Position numbers and translations under genes: made by a program
Notes under the pieces: generated by a model
Databases searched by the model: none
What the model saw: only the letters and a program-made list of their open reading frames with translations
What the model was told of the DNA's origin: nothing
In this document: in pieces, positions 25,901 through 37,614 of the stretch
How the letters are laid out: every line of letters begins with the position of its first letter
Numbering within the stretch: the stretch's first letter is position 1
Assembly: GCA_051362555.1 (NCBI GenBank)
Contig: CM120645.1
Coordinates: forward strand, 310,001-374,000
Direction of reading: 5' to 3'
Length of the DNA stretch: 64,000 nucleotides
Source of the DNA: Lingula anatina
Lineage: Eukaryota; Animalia; Brachiopoda

Positions 25901-27227
25901 TTCTTTGTAGAGTGAAAATGATAGGTTTATACTACAATGACTTGAATATCAGTTTTATGTCATACACCAATAACCTGCTCACACACAAATGCATGCACGC
26001 ACGCACACACACAATAAACTGTTACAAGTTTTTTCTCACTGGCAGTGTCAGAGTGGCAGCCTTGTCTTCTCTTGTCACAAACTCCTCAAGTTTAGCAATG
26101 TCTTCTGCAGAGAAGAATGGGCATAGGTCTAATCCTGGATCTGGACACTGGGACAAAAAAGAGGAAGAAAGCAATAAGTTCAAATTCAATCACTTCAAAA
26201 AGTCCTAGAACATAAACACAACTATCTAGACAACCCTTTTTTTATTAATTATTAGTGTCAAATATATCATAAATTATTGTAAAAAAAAAAACACAAAAAT
26301 GTGTAACTGATACCAAATTGAATATAACTCATTCCAAGTAATCAAACAAATAAAGAAAAATGTATACAAAATAGCTTCCAAGACCCATTAGCCTAAGTAG
26401 TAGTAGTATGGTAGGTCAATCATTCAGTTCTTTATGGCAATAAGTAAGCTGTACCATGTTAAAATCATCCACTTGATTTGGACAGAGAAAAGTTATCATG
26501 GTTCCATGTAGAGATGTACCTACATCTGACCATAAAATCTAATATATATTTTTTTTAAAATCTCACCTCTTCCTTCTCCAGTGGCAGAGACAGATCTGTC
26601 AGGTGCACTATATTACCATCTGTGTCTATTTCATGGACTATGAAATCTGAAAACCTGAAGGAGAGAGGTGATTAAACAGTTGTAGATCAGCACACTGGGG
26701 CCCTGTCTGTTACCACACTCTGGTGAAAGATGTGGAATTAGGAAATTAATACCAGTCTGGAATACCAATAAAAGCTGCTTTTCTTCTAAATAGTAAATTG
26801 AAATATGTAGAATTGAAAACTATAAGAAATGAAATTACTGAAATATGTAGATGTACAGATTTTGATATGAAGATATCCAGGCACAGCCATTTACATCCTT
26901 TCTGGATCCAATGGAATACACACATAATTTCAAAAACATAAAGACTATGGAGGAGAAACAATTACTGGTATTTAAAGTATTTTTTAAAAAACACCATGTA
27001 CTACACCTCTGTTTCAGCACCCCAGTGAACCCCTGATGTGAACTGAGGTACTCAGTAATTCCACAATCTTTTTCAGTGAGGAGACTTCCATCTTCACTCC
27101 CTGTGATTTCTTTATCTTTAACCACGACAGGATCTGTTCCTTCTTCTAATTTCTGTTTCTTGGGTAATGGCTCCAGAGTGTCCTCCTGTACCTGGGATTC
27201 AGCTGTATGTTGGGGAATATCTGCCAT
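19966..27227 (-). CDS. PUS7: Pseudouridylate synthase 7 (TruD family), 16 coding exons, 629 aa
   Basis: Exons 27007-27227, 26567-26654, 26040-26147, 25646-25772, 24908-25025, 24358-24435, 24147-24212, 23763-23825, 23035-23160, 22731-22804, 21916-22073, 21588-21783, 21064-21183, 20741-20810, 20388-20539, 19966-20090 join in frame (1890 nt). Motifs [39 protein letters not shown] (catalytic Asp), [46 protein letters not shown]. Confidence 0.95.
22066..22355. repeat. Degenerate 50-62-bp tandem repeat (~5 copies) overlapping the acceptor of PUS7 coding exon 11
   Basis: TCCCAGCCTTA(A/G)G...AAAC..TCATTAATATATAAGAT recurs near 22067, 22128, 22178, 22238 and 22295. Confidence 0.75.
24698..24864. mobile_element. 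Short MITE-like remnant in a PUS7 intron
   Basis: Inverted ends CAGGGGCGGATT (24698) and AATCTGCCCCTG (ends 24864), 11/12 match. No clear TSD. Confidence 0.45.
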
Positions 27228-27885
27228 GTTCCAAATATCACTGGCACATTTAGTCTCTCATCTCTATCCTAAGCTGAAAGATACACAGAGAATAACTGAG
27301 AAACTTTAAGATGCAATGTTGTCTATATATCAACTAAATGAAAACAAAAAGAGGCTCAAGTTAAACAATACAATGATGGTTGTTTTACATTTAAGATTTC
27401 AGTATGGTAAATTGCATCTAGTATACTTGCAAGAAATAGCAAATGGAATCGATCACATCTGACTTGGACAGAGTCCAAAATTTGACACTTCTTGTCTGCA
27501 GTATCCTCCCCCCCCCCCCCCCCCCCGGCTCATATAACTCACCATATAACAATCATATAACCCCCACCGTATTAATTTTTATATATATTAATTTAAGTAT
27601 TGAGGATGAGAAATATATATGCTACACAAACATACCATTTACAGCTAGATCTGTTGTAACTTCTTGGGTTGACTAGGGGAAATTAATTTGCTGTAATCGC
27701 ATTTGTCAAAGAACTCAAAGGTTTACTTAAAAAAGATTTTAAAAAAGTAAATGAAGTCTACGCTTTCTTGCCTTCAAAATCGTGCCACATACCAGTACAC
27801 TGAGAGGAAACACACTCATCAACAAGAGAATCATCAACACGTAAACGTAACAGCAGCACGCGTGTTTTCATGGAATGAAATTGTA

Positions 27886-27898
27886 CCGGAAGTGACGT
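27886..27898. promoter_or_regulatory. ETS-CRE composite motif, likely PUS7 promoter
   Basis: CCGGAAGTGACGT lies ~95 bp upstream of a minus-strand donor (CTG/GTATGT at 27792) for a putative non-coding exon 1. Matching acceptor at 27274-27275. Confidence 0.5.
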
Positions 27899-28093
27899 TA
27901 TGTACCGTGACCTACTTAATTTCACTTTGAAATAGAGACAAGCCAAATGTCATAAGCCGGCAACAGTTTCCCATATTAAAGTATACTTCAGGTTTAATAA
28001 TTTTTTGCTACAATCAACAGATATTCTCAGAAATGGGCCATATTTTCTAAAGCTTGGATTATGTATTTTATTTGTCAACCAGTTTCATCAGAT

Positions 28094-28220
28094 GTCAGGA
28101 TGGCCGAGCGGTCTAAGGCGCCAGACTCAAGGTGGTACACGGGCTACCTTGCCTTCTGTCAGAAGGTATGAGTGTTCTGGTCCACGAATGTGGGCGTGGG
28201 TTCGAATCCCACTTCTGACA
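28094..28220 (+). tRNA. tRNA-Leu-CAA: tRNA-Leu(CAA) with 43-nt intron
   Basis: 5' exon GTCAGGATGGCCGAGCGGTCTAAGGCGCCAGACTCAAG (28094-28131, anticodon CAA 28128-30), intron 28132-28174, 3' exon TTCTGGTCCACGAATGTGGGCGTGGGTTCGAATCCCACTTCTGACA with a long variable arm. Canonical A and B boxes. Confidence 0.97.
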
Positions 28221-28223
28221 CAC

Positions 28224-28233
28224 TTTTTTTTTT
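28224..28233 (+). terminator. RNA polymerase III oligo-T terminator
   Basis: T10 run 3 nt after the tRNA discriminator base. Confidence 0.85.
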
Positions 28234-28399
28234 ACTTCACCTTTTTTTTCACTGAAGGCTTTGTATTGCTTGTTTTATCAAATGGTATAAATAAACCGCC
28301 TGACCTACAACTGTAGTATCTGTATCAAATTACCGAGAACTGATCTCTCAGCAACATCATTGTGGCGTGAGACGATGGAAACATGACTCAATTTTGCAC

Positions 28400-28465
28400 T
28401 CTGTCAGAAGGTATGAGTGTTCTGGTCCACGAATGTGGGCGTGGGTTCGAATCCCACTTCTGACA
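28400..28465 (+). pseudogene. 3'-half tRNA-Leu(CAA) fragment (partial intron plus 3' exon)
   Basis: Duplicated intron end and complete 3' exon (28420-28465) with B box and T10. The 5' exon is absent. Confidence 0.8.
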
Positions 28466-28697
28466 CACTTTTTTTTTTACTTCACCTTTTTTTTCACTGA
28501 AGGCTTTGTATTGCTTGTTTTATCAAATGGTATAAATAAACCGCCTGACCTACAACTGTAGTATCTGTATCAAATTACCGAGAACTGATCTCTCAGCAAC
28601 ATCATTGTGGCGTGAGACGATGGAAACATGACTCAATTTTGCACTTAGTCGTTTCATATGTATACAAGGTCTTGAAAATATCAGAAAAGTAGCTTTT

Positions 28698-30876
28698 ACA
28701 AGGCAGCAAAGCTGTCAAATGTACAGACAAAAAGCAGGAAATAACAAAATAGGCTACTGTCAATTCTGATGTAAAAGTACATTATGTTAAACTGCAAATT
28801 CAACATCAAATTTTAATTATGCTCAACAAGTAATACCAATGTAAGTAAAATGTGTAACAAGCATAAGGTTTCAAGCCCATGAGAGTTCAAGTTCACACTT
28901 TGAAAATGTAAAACTTCCAGAAAAAGAAGTCAATTAGACTGCTTTTCCCACTTGAGCTGCATTTTAGTCCTGTGTTTCTTTTTTAAAAGTTTGACAATCA
29001 TAAGTAATATGGTTTTCCCATGATGGTCATCATGGCAGCAATACCCAAAATTGTGTTTTCTTCTATTTTGATGCAATATTTCATAATGCTTAACAGCATA
29101 AAGACCATCAGTTTTTAATAATAAAATATACGTATCGTGGATTTTCAGAAAATGTGACTAGCATGGGTCTTCAAGCCCAAGGTGGTTCTAAGTCACACCT
29201 TGAAATTGCCAATATGTGAAAAATTAAATTTTCACAAAAAACTGATTAACTGCCAGAAAAATTTACCAAATAGACTGCACTGCCTAATGAAACTGTATTT
29301 TAGTCCCATGCTTCTTTCCTGTAAGTTTGAGAACAGTGAGTGACATGATTTTCCTTAAATGATCATCATGGGAGCAGTGCCCAAAATAGGGGTTTCTGCA
29401 AATTTGGATGCAATATTACATAATGCTTAACAGCATAATAACCATCAATTTTTAATAATAAAATATAAGTATCATGGATATTCAGAAAATGTGACTAGCA
29501 AAGGTCTTCAGGACCATGGAACTTCAAAGTCACATCTTGAAAATGTCAAAATGTAAACAAGACAGCACTTTTCTGAAATGGGTTTATTTCCATTTTTAAC
29601 ACTTTTTTAACATAAAAAATTGATGAGATGGGAAAAATACCAATAGAACAGTGTTTAATGTCCAATTTCCTCCATTCTGAGTTTCTGAACATAGTGAATG
29701 AATGAATGAATCTGACAAACTGCAATGATAAGAGTTTATTTCCATTTTTGAAACTCTATTATACAATACATGATAACAAGCTTACCATCATTTTTACATA
29801 ATCAACTAACAATGTTGTAAAGATGCAGGAAATGTTAAACAAAGACTTTTACGTATCTTATTAGTTAAATAATGAGACTGTTAACATGCCTAAGAATTGA
29901 ATCTGAGGAAATGTGAAACAAGACAGTACTGTTATGAAATGCGTTTATTTCCATTTTTAACACTTTTTTAACATAAAACAAAATTAACAGTTTACTGCTA
30001 TTTTTATATGATCAACTAAGAAAGTTGATGAGAGGTGAAAAATATCAATAGAACAGTGTCAAATGTCCAATTTCCTCCATTCTGAGTTTCTGAACATAAT
30101 GAATGATTGAATCTTACAAACTGCAATAATATGAGTTTATTTCCATTTTTGACACTTTATTACACAATACACGATAACAAGTTTACCATCATTTTTACAT
30201 AATCAACTAACAATGTTGTAAAGATGCAGGAAATGTCAAACAAACACTTTTACGTATCTTATTAATTAAATAATGAGACTGTTAACATGCCTAAGAATTG
30301 AATCTGAAGAAATGTGAAAAAACAGCATAACTTATAAAATAATGGCCCGATTATGCCGATTTTCGAACTTGACCTGCGTTTTAGTAAGATTGATTACTCC
30401 TGTGAGTTTCATGACAACAGGCCTATCAGTTTTCTTTGAAATGTGTTAACAGTGTTGCATATATGCTGAAAAGTGAAAAAAACAGCATAACTACTAAAAT
30501 GGTGGCCAGATCATGCCGATTTTCGAACTTGACCTGCGTTTTAGTAAGATTGAATACTCCTGTGAGTTTCATGACAACAGGCCTATCAGTTTTCTTTGAA
30601 ATGTGTTAACAGTGTTGCATATATGCTGAAAAGTGAAAAAAACAGCATAACTACTAAAATGGTGGCCCGATCATGCCGATTTTCGAACTTGACCTGCGTT
30701 TTATGAATATTCATCAGCTCTGTAAATATAAAGCCAAAAAGTAAAACTGTCTTCCACTTATGGTGTTAACACTGAAAGTGCACGGCGACGGCGACGGCGA
30801 CGGCGACATGAACGGCGACGACAGACGCAGGTGATGGCAATATGTACAGACACATCTGTGTCTGTACATAAAAAAA
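28698..30876. mobile_element. Helentron-associated non-autonomous element (HINE; DINE-1/CvA-Pearl-like architecture), ~2.2 kb
   Basis: Starts ACAAG with a small hairpin GGCAGC-AAA-GCTGTC, then subterminal ATGTACAGACA (28719-28729). Internal 160-bp tandem repeats, (ACGGCG)4 microsatellite at 30782-30807, and a terminal palindrome TATGTACAGACACA-TC-TGTGTCTGTACATA (30841-30870) that contains the same subterminal word and is followed by an A-run. Confidence 0.7.
30314..30703. repeat. 160-bp tandem repeat (~2.4 copies) inside the HINE-like element
   Basis: AACAGCATAAC...GCCGATTTTCGAACTTGACCTGCGTTTTA starts at 30321, 30481 and 30641. Confidence 0.92.
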
Positions 30877-31815
30877 CGGTGTACCAAACTATAAGTTTTT
30901 GTCATGGTATTGTATTGCGCTACATATTATACTTGTAATGCCTTTATTGATCATTTATCCCTGTATGTAATGTTCTGCTCGCTGGATATTTATTATGTAA
31001 TCATACGCATACAGTGATGATAATAAACTACTACTAAAAAAAACTAGTAAATACTACATGTATTTTATCATTTTTATTTGATCTCATGTATCTGCACAAC
31101 CTCAATCTTTTGTTTGCAAAGTTTTTCAAAAATTAATATTATTATATTGAACTATTTTCATACATAAGTTTTATAAGCTATAATAAATTTTCTGAGAAAT
31201 CAATGCAACAAAGAAAAATGCAGAGCACTACCTAATTTTTCCACTCATATAGTTTATAACAAATGACTTTATATTGTATCTATATAATTAAAATTGGTAA
31301 TTTTACTGGGAACATCAATTATATAAAACTGAAACAAAATAAACATTATCATATTCTCAATCAAATTACTCTGCCAAAGGTTTTCTTTTCTGAGAATAAC
31401 AGTTTCAATAGAAATATTTTTCAGTGAAGGTTTTCCAGGATAATCAAGAAACAATACATGTTTGTATTACATAACAATAAGTTCCTATTCTATATGTGAA
31501 AGAATAGTTTCAATTTTTTTTCCAGTCAGGACTTATCATTATTATCAGGCTACAGTAAATGTTTGCATTATAGCAATACACATTGCACACAAATACTTCA
31601 TTTTCTGTGATGTGACGGTTTAGTCACAGCTAACATTTCTCGTTCTTATATAAACCCAATATGGCGAGGGTTCCAAACTGAAACAAAACGTTCATGATAC
31701 AAGCGAGACAAGAGCTAGACAGGGTCTGGTAACTATAACTAAGTTATAAAATATCCGTTTTTTCCAAACATAATATATCCGTAGTCCATTGTTGGTTTGG
31801 TATATCAGTAATCAG

Positions 31816-32850
31816 TCATAACTGAAAAACTTTAATCTTGCCTCCTTCTTCCCCAACAACCAGTTGTCCGAGTTGGTTTATTGCAACATCGTTTGGCCTG
31901 AATAGTCCATTGTCTCTGCTTAAAAGAAATCTCTTGAATACCCCCTCTGGAGTTATCAGGTGAAGACGGTGGTTGAAGAAATCTGTTAGAATTATGTCTC
32001 CATTATCCAAGCAGCATGTGCCACATGGAGCGTCCACCTGTCCATCCCCATCACCCTGGGTACCATATCTGTATTTAAGCTGGAGAGTGGAATCGTATAC
32101 ACGGATGTGATCATCTCCTGGATCTGAAACTATGATGTCATCATTAACGTTACAGTGAATGTATTTTTGAAATTTAACCTCTGGGTCTTGTGTCGTCTGC
32201 AGAACCATACCATCCTTGTGGTGCACAGTCAGAGTATTACTACCAGCCACCACATACTGACCCTTGCTGTTGACCGCTACTGCTTCTGGTGACTCACTGT
32301 GGAATGTTCTCACCTGGTCCCCTGTCTTGGTGTAGACAATGATTTCATCTGACACCAGACATCTAGTGACAATGTTACTGTCATCATCAATGGCAATCCC
32401 AACAAACGCCTCCTTTTCTGCTGCTCTTGGGTTTGTAATTGTGCCCTGTAGATCAAAGTTGGTATCGTAGATGTGGATTCTGTTCTGTGACCTGTCCTCA
32501 TTACACCAAACACCAGTAAGGATATCACCATTTGTATCAGTGGTCACATGCATGATTATCTCCTCTGGCGTCTTGGCCAATTCTACTTTAAATGATGTCA
32601 CCAGTTTTCCACTCACGTCAGGAACCACGTCTCCAAGGCAACTGTTAATATTGTTAACGCTATCCTCCATGTTGTTGGTGATAATCTGGGTCAAGGCTAC
32701 AGGCAGGGTCGGGATGTTGAGTCACAAATTTTCTTGGAAGCATTGCTGGCAAAACGTATGCAAATATCAGAGGACCTTGGGATCTTTGAACTTTTCATGG
32801 CAAATGCTGCACGTTAGGAAATCTTTTGTTAGGATCTTGGACAAAGACAT
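31816..32850 (-). pseudogene. Internally deleted TRIM-NHL paralog (copy 1): decayed RING stub plus intact NHL-only ORF (31816-32670, 284 aa)
   Basis: ATG 32850 reads MSLSKILTKDFLTCSICHEKFKDPKVL*YLHTFCQQCFQENL*LNIPTLP... with TGA at 32767-69 and 32722-24. 288 codons are missing in frame relative to copy 2. The NHL region is open from AACAACATGG (32670) to TGA (31816). Confidence 0.75.
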
Positions 32851-33734
32851 GGCTCCTCAGACCAATATCTTAAATAGAGAAATGAAAGGCATCGAATTAA
32901 TGCCAAAGATTTTGTAATGGAGGTTTTTTCATTGTATGTCTGCGATATGATAGAATATGTATAAAATAATTATAATAAAAATAAATAATAATATGTATTT
33001 ATTTGCAACTTAAAAAAGTTGGATTTTACAATAAAAACAAATAGTCGTGAGATGCACAATCTTAAAATATACTTGTAAGTGTTAAAATGATTCAATACAC
33101 AAAACAATGGATGTTCTCTGATAAAAGAAAGCAGTGGTCAGAAACCAACAACTTGAAAATTGAACATGTATAAGATTAACCCTATTCAAATTTAATAATA
33201 ATAATAATAATGATTCTTATATATATTCTTTTAATCTTAAATCTATATACCAATATGTTTACTAATCAAATATGCAGGGTTACAAGCAATGGCCAATTTA
33301 ATATAAAGAGACTCAATGACCAATTACAAGTTTCGGTTTGAATAGATATGCACCCCTAAAGCGTGTGCCGCTTACAATACCAAATTTATATTTTCTTTAA
33401 TTTAAAGAATCAATGACATCTTTAGTCAGTATAGCGAAACCCTGCTGGCATTATTGTCACAGTGGCCTCCATACCACATCTTATAAAAATATGCAAGTAA
33501 CTCCCACTCCCCTACCGCCCCCCCCCCCACACCCCCGCACCTCATCGACACCATCTACTGCAGTATATCTAGTTACCCTGTGTGACACTAATTCAGTAAC
33601 GTTAAATTCATCAATTTTAATGACAAATATATACCGCAATGAAAGTGAATATGTAGTTGATTAAATATGCACAGATGATAAAAAATGTCAGCCAACTCGG
33701 AGTAAAAAAAAAACAGATAAAATACACATCAGTC

Positions 33735-33746
33735 GAAAGTGAAAGT
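33735..33746. promoter_or_regulatory. IRF-binding element (IRF-E/ISRE-like) in the first intron of TRIM copy 1
   Basis: GAAAGTGAAAGT, ~145 bp from the putative exon 1 donor (33888-89). Conserved in the paralogous position of copy 2. Confidence 0.45.
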
Positions 33747-35818
33747 AACAGACCTGTCACTAAGGAGCCGCCATGTTCTCGTAGCCGTAGTTTTCGTAAC
33801 ACTTACATTAATGTAGAGATATCTCAAATGCGAGTAAACAGGTGAAATAGTACCTACACGTATTAAAAACAAAACATTAAACCCTTCACCTTTCACACTG
33901 GACTGTGGCGTCTGTATTCGCTGGTATGTGTGGCTTTCTTTTCGACCTAGTTACAGAATGACGCACAGTTAACTCGAGATCTTGCCCGATCTGTTTTAAC
34001 TTTCACTGACCTAGCTCTGCCATGTGTAGCAGACTTCTTCCATTGCCGAGCACGTGGCAGAGCGTTCGAATTTCACTTCTAGCTGCACAATCTGCCAATT
34101 GATCTATATTTTTATAATCTCATATAGCCTGTTGTATGATTACTGAGCAAAGAAACAGAGCTGAGTAGTTCTACATGTATCTCACATATGACAAACCTCA
34201 ACAATGTCAACAAACACAATTAATGTGCAACGTGTGAGTCAAGGCGCATCTACCGCAATACATCATGAGCGGGTGTGACAAGAAAGGTAGTCCTAGGAAT
34301 AAGTAGACTTAAAAGCAGACAAATAGAGAAGCTGTTTGGTGATAACATTACGTGAAAAATGTTATCAGTCATCCAGAGGAATAAGAATGATAATTGTAAT
34401 TATCTTGTGAAAACATGATCATAATTATAATTTTTGTCGTTAAATGTATAAGCTCCAGTATCAGAGTTATTTATAAATAATATTCAACATTATGTGGTGA
34501 TAACATTGTGTAGTAATGACATTATCTATCACTGTCCTATCAATCTCCATTTTTTTTTTTTAGTTTAGTCTGTCATATTTCTCCTTTCTGAGATTTACCT
34601 TGGAAACAGTTACGTAATAAGGTGATTATTTCATTCAAGATTTGTGATATGAGAAAACGAAATACATTTGTGCATAACAATAATACACATGCTACGCAAA
34701 TAATCATTTTTCCGTGGTATGACTTTTAGTCACTAGTAACAGTTTGGTCCTTACGCGGTTGCTTATGACTGCATTCCAAGGGATATCTTCATTCATACAA
34801 AACATCCGTTATATGTGAGTGTCATACATAGATGAGCGTTTAAACGGACTGGTCAACTTGCCACCATTTAACACTGATACATTATAGTAAATTAAGTAAG
34901 TTTTATTTTTATGTCATACATCCATCAGCACAATGGCCATGGATCATAGTCCTGGATTTCGGGAGGAGAAGAGGGAAGGGTCTGTCCCAAGCAAGCCTTA
35001 TTTGTCATTCATTTGCACAGGTAAGCCTCGCCCTAGATTTTTGACCCACTTAGGTCAGGCTAACCCTAACCATTATGGTACTTTCTGTAACAAGGACCCT
35101 CATACAGTTTCGTTACACTGGTATATAGGAGAACACTTTACCGGAAAAATAATATGGCAATTTGTACATATACTAGTGCACTGGTACTAGCGTAAAACAG
35201 CAACTTTGATCTAACTTTTAGATAACTGCGTTTTACTTTGAACCCATTTGGTCTTAATGTAAATACTTTATTTTATGTACTAGTAAACGTAATGTAAATG
35301 TTTTACCATTTTTGTTGGAACTTATGTATCTGTACAACTTAAACCTTTTCCTTGCAATTTTTTAAAGAAACTTAATATTTATAATAAACATAAGTTACTC
35401 CGATGGTACTTCTTTTTATGTTATTACTGATGATCCAATAATTTTTTGTGAGATTAGTAAACCAAGGTATAATAGTAACGCAAAGCATAACCTATTTTTA
35501 AACCGGTAGAATTAATAACAAACGTCTTTGATGAATGTAATGTACCATTATAATATAATTATTTTACAGGCAACAATAATTATATGAAACTGAATAGCAG
35601 ATGATAGACAAGTGATACACGCATTAGTCCTTGTGACAATGTAAACATTGTCATATTCTCATTTTAATTTCTCTGCCAGATGTTTCTTTTCCTGAGAATA
35701 ACTATTTCAATATCATATTTTTCGTTCAGGTTTTCCAGTATAATTGAGAAACAGTGCATATTTGTATTACAATATATACGTGACACACAGTAAGTTCCTA
35801 TACTGTGATAATAACACT

Positions 35819-37312
35819 GTTATAGTTAGTAATGACGACAACAGTTTGGAGCTTCCGAACGTTTATTCACCGACTCACTCTTCATACAACTTCACAAATA
35901 TTTATACTCAATTTCTCCGTACTAATCACGCATTTACTTGTTTTCTTTTCCATTGTCTTTGCGTGATTACAAAATATTTTCCATTCTCATGTTGCAAGTC
36001 ACTATGCAACATTTCCTTATTAGGTAATCCATTAGAGACTTGTTTTCAATTAAAGATATCTAAAATATTATTTGGATTACTCATACTTGGATCTTGTCCA
36101 AAACTCAGTTATCATGTGATAAATAGATGATCAAAATTATTATATGTTATAAAATTAACCAATCACATTAACTGTTACTGACTTTGACCTTTTCCATCTT
36201 TTTCTGACACTAAAAACATGTTCTACACTTGTTGACTCTTGGAGAAACTTAACTTACACTCAATAACTCTTTGTCTTTTTACTCTTTTGATTCCGCTTTA
36301 ATTGCTATCTGTAATTAGTGAAAGTGTAAGTAATTTGCTTTACAACATACACCCCTTCTTCAAAAGAATTCGTCCTCGAATTCTAAAACTTTACAACATA
36401 CGCTCCTTTTTCATTTTTTCTAAAGCAAAGCAAATACTAAATAACACAAAATACATAAATTTTCAAAAAGATTAAATGATAAGGTCACATATATGTCATC
36501 AATTTAAATGTTATACGCAAGTTCGTCAATTTCTGCAAAATGAAATAAAATAATAATGAAAGAAAATAATGATTATCTTCCTTAAATACTTCATTTCTAC
36601 CACAAAGTCATGCAAAAATATAACTAAGAAAAGTAATTCTATATAATTAACTTATACATAAAGTTAAAAACACATTCGACATGAAACTAAAATATATAAC
36701 CTGAAGGAAGATAATGTAATAACTTTTTAAGAAAATGCAATTCTTCGTGGATATAGTTCGTATTGTCATTTACACCATTTAATGTGTGGCCCAAGAGCAA
36801 AGATACTTTTTATCAGTTTTCTCATGAGGATATCGAAATATTTTGCTCTCTCATGTTGCAAGTCACTATGCAACATTTCCTTATTAGGTAATCCATTAGA
36901 GACTTGTTTTCAATTAAAGATATCTAAAATATTATTTGGATTACTCATACTTGGATCTTGTCCAAAACTCAGTTATCATGTGATAAATAGATGATCAAAA
37001 TTATTATATGTTATAAAATTAACCAATCACATTAACTGTTACTGACTTTGACCTTTTCCATCTTTTTCTGACACTAAAAACATGTTCTACACTTGTTGAC
37101 TCTTGGAGAAACTTAACTTACACTCAATAACTCTTTGTCTTTTTACTCTTTTGATTCCGCTTTAATTGCTATCTGTAATTAGTGAAAGTGTAAGTAATTT
37201 GCTTTACAACATACACCCCTTCTTCAAAAGAATTCGTCCTCGAATTCTAAAACTTTACAACATACACCCCTTCTTCAAAAGAATTCGTCCTCGAATTCTA
37301 AAACTTTACAAC
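35819..37312. mobile_element. ~1.5-kb insertion of unknown class in the 3' flank of TRIM copy 2
   Basis: Absent from the homologous flank of copy 3 (~42405-42420). Bounded by direct repeat AACACT (35813-18 and 37313-18). Contains a ~417-bp direct duplication (35985-36401 / 36849-37265) and a 51-bp tandem repeat at the right end. Confidence 0.6.
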
Positions 37313-37614
37313 AACACTTTCATTTTCAATCAGGACGTCCCATTATAATCAACCTACAGTAATTGTTTGAATTATAACAATATACGTTGCACACAAATAC
37401 TTCATATTCTGCCGTGTGACTGTTTAGTCACAGCTAACAATCTCCCCCTTGCGTGTATGTGCAACGAATATGCCGAAATATCGTTACTGAAACAAAACGT
37501 TCATGAACCATTTGAAACATGAGCTACTCGACCCTGCTAACTAACTACATGTTAAAATGCCTATTTTTAAAAACGTAATGTTTTCATAGTCCATTGGTAG
37601 CTTGGTATAATAAG

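Larger units (their letters stand above)
28155..28645. repeat. Exact 245-bp tandem duplication
   Basis: 28155-28399 is repeated at 28400-28644. No difference seen by eye, including homopolymer lengths. Confidence 0.92.

Noticed and set aside
26680-26990. Hairpins ending in ACA on the minus strand of the first PUS7 coding intron, as possible H/ACA snoRNAs
   Set aside because: Stems are short and the 5' hairpin is weak. An Infernal/snoReport scan or small-RNA data would be needed.
32722-32769. Two in-frame TGA codons in TRIM copy 1 as possible selenocysteine or readthrough
   Set aside because: The first replaces a Gly codon of the paralogs, not Cys, and the second sits at the deletion junction. 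The neighbouring RING Cys is mutated and no SECIS was recognised.
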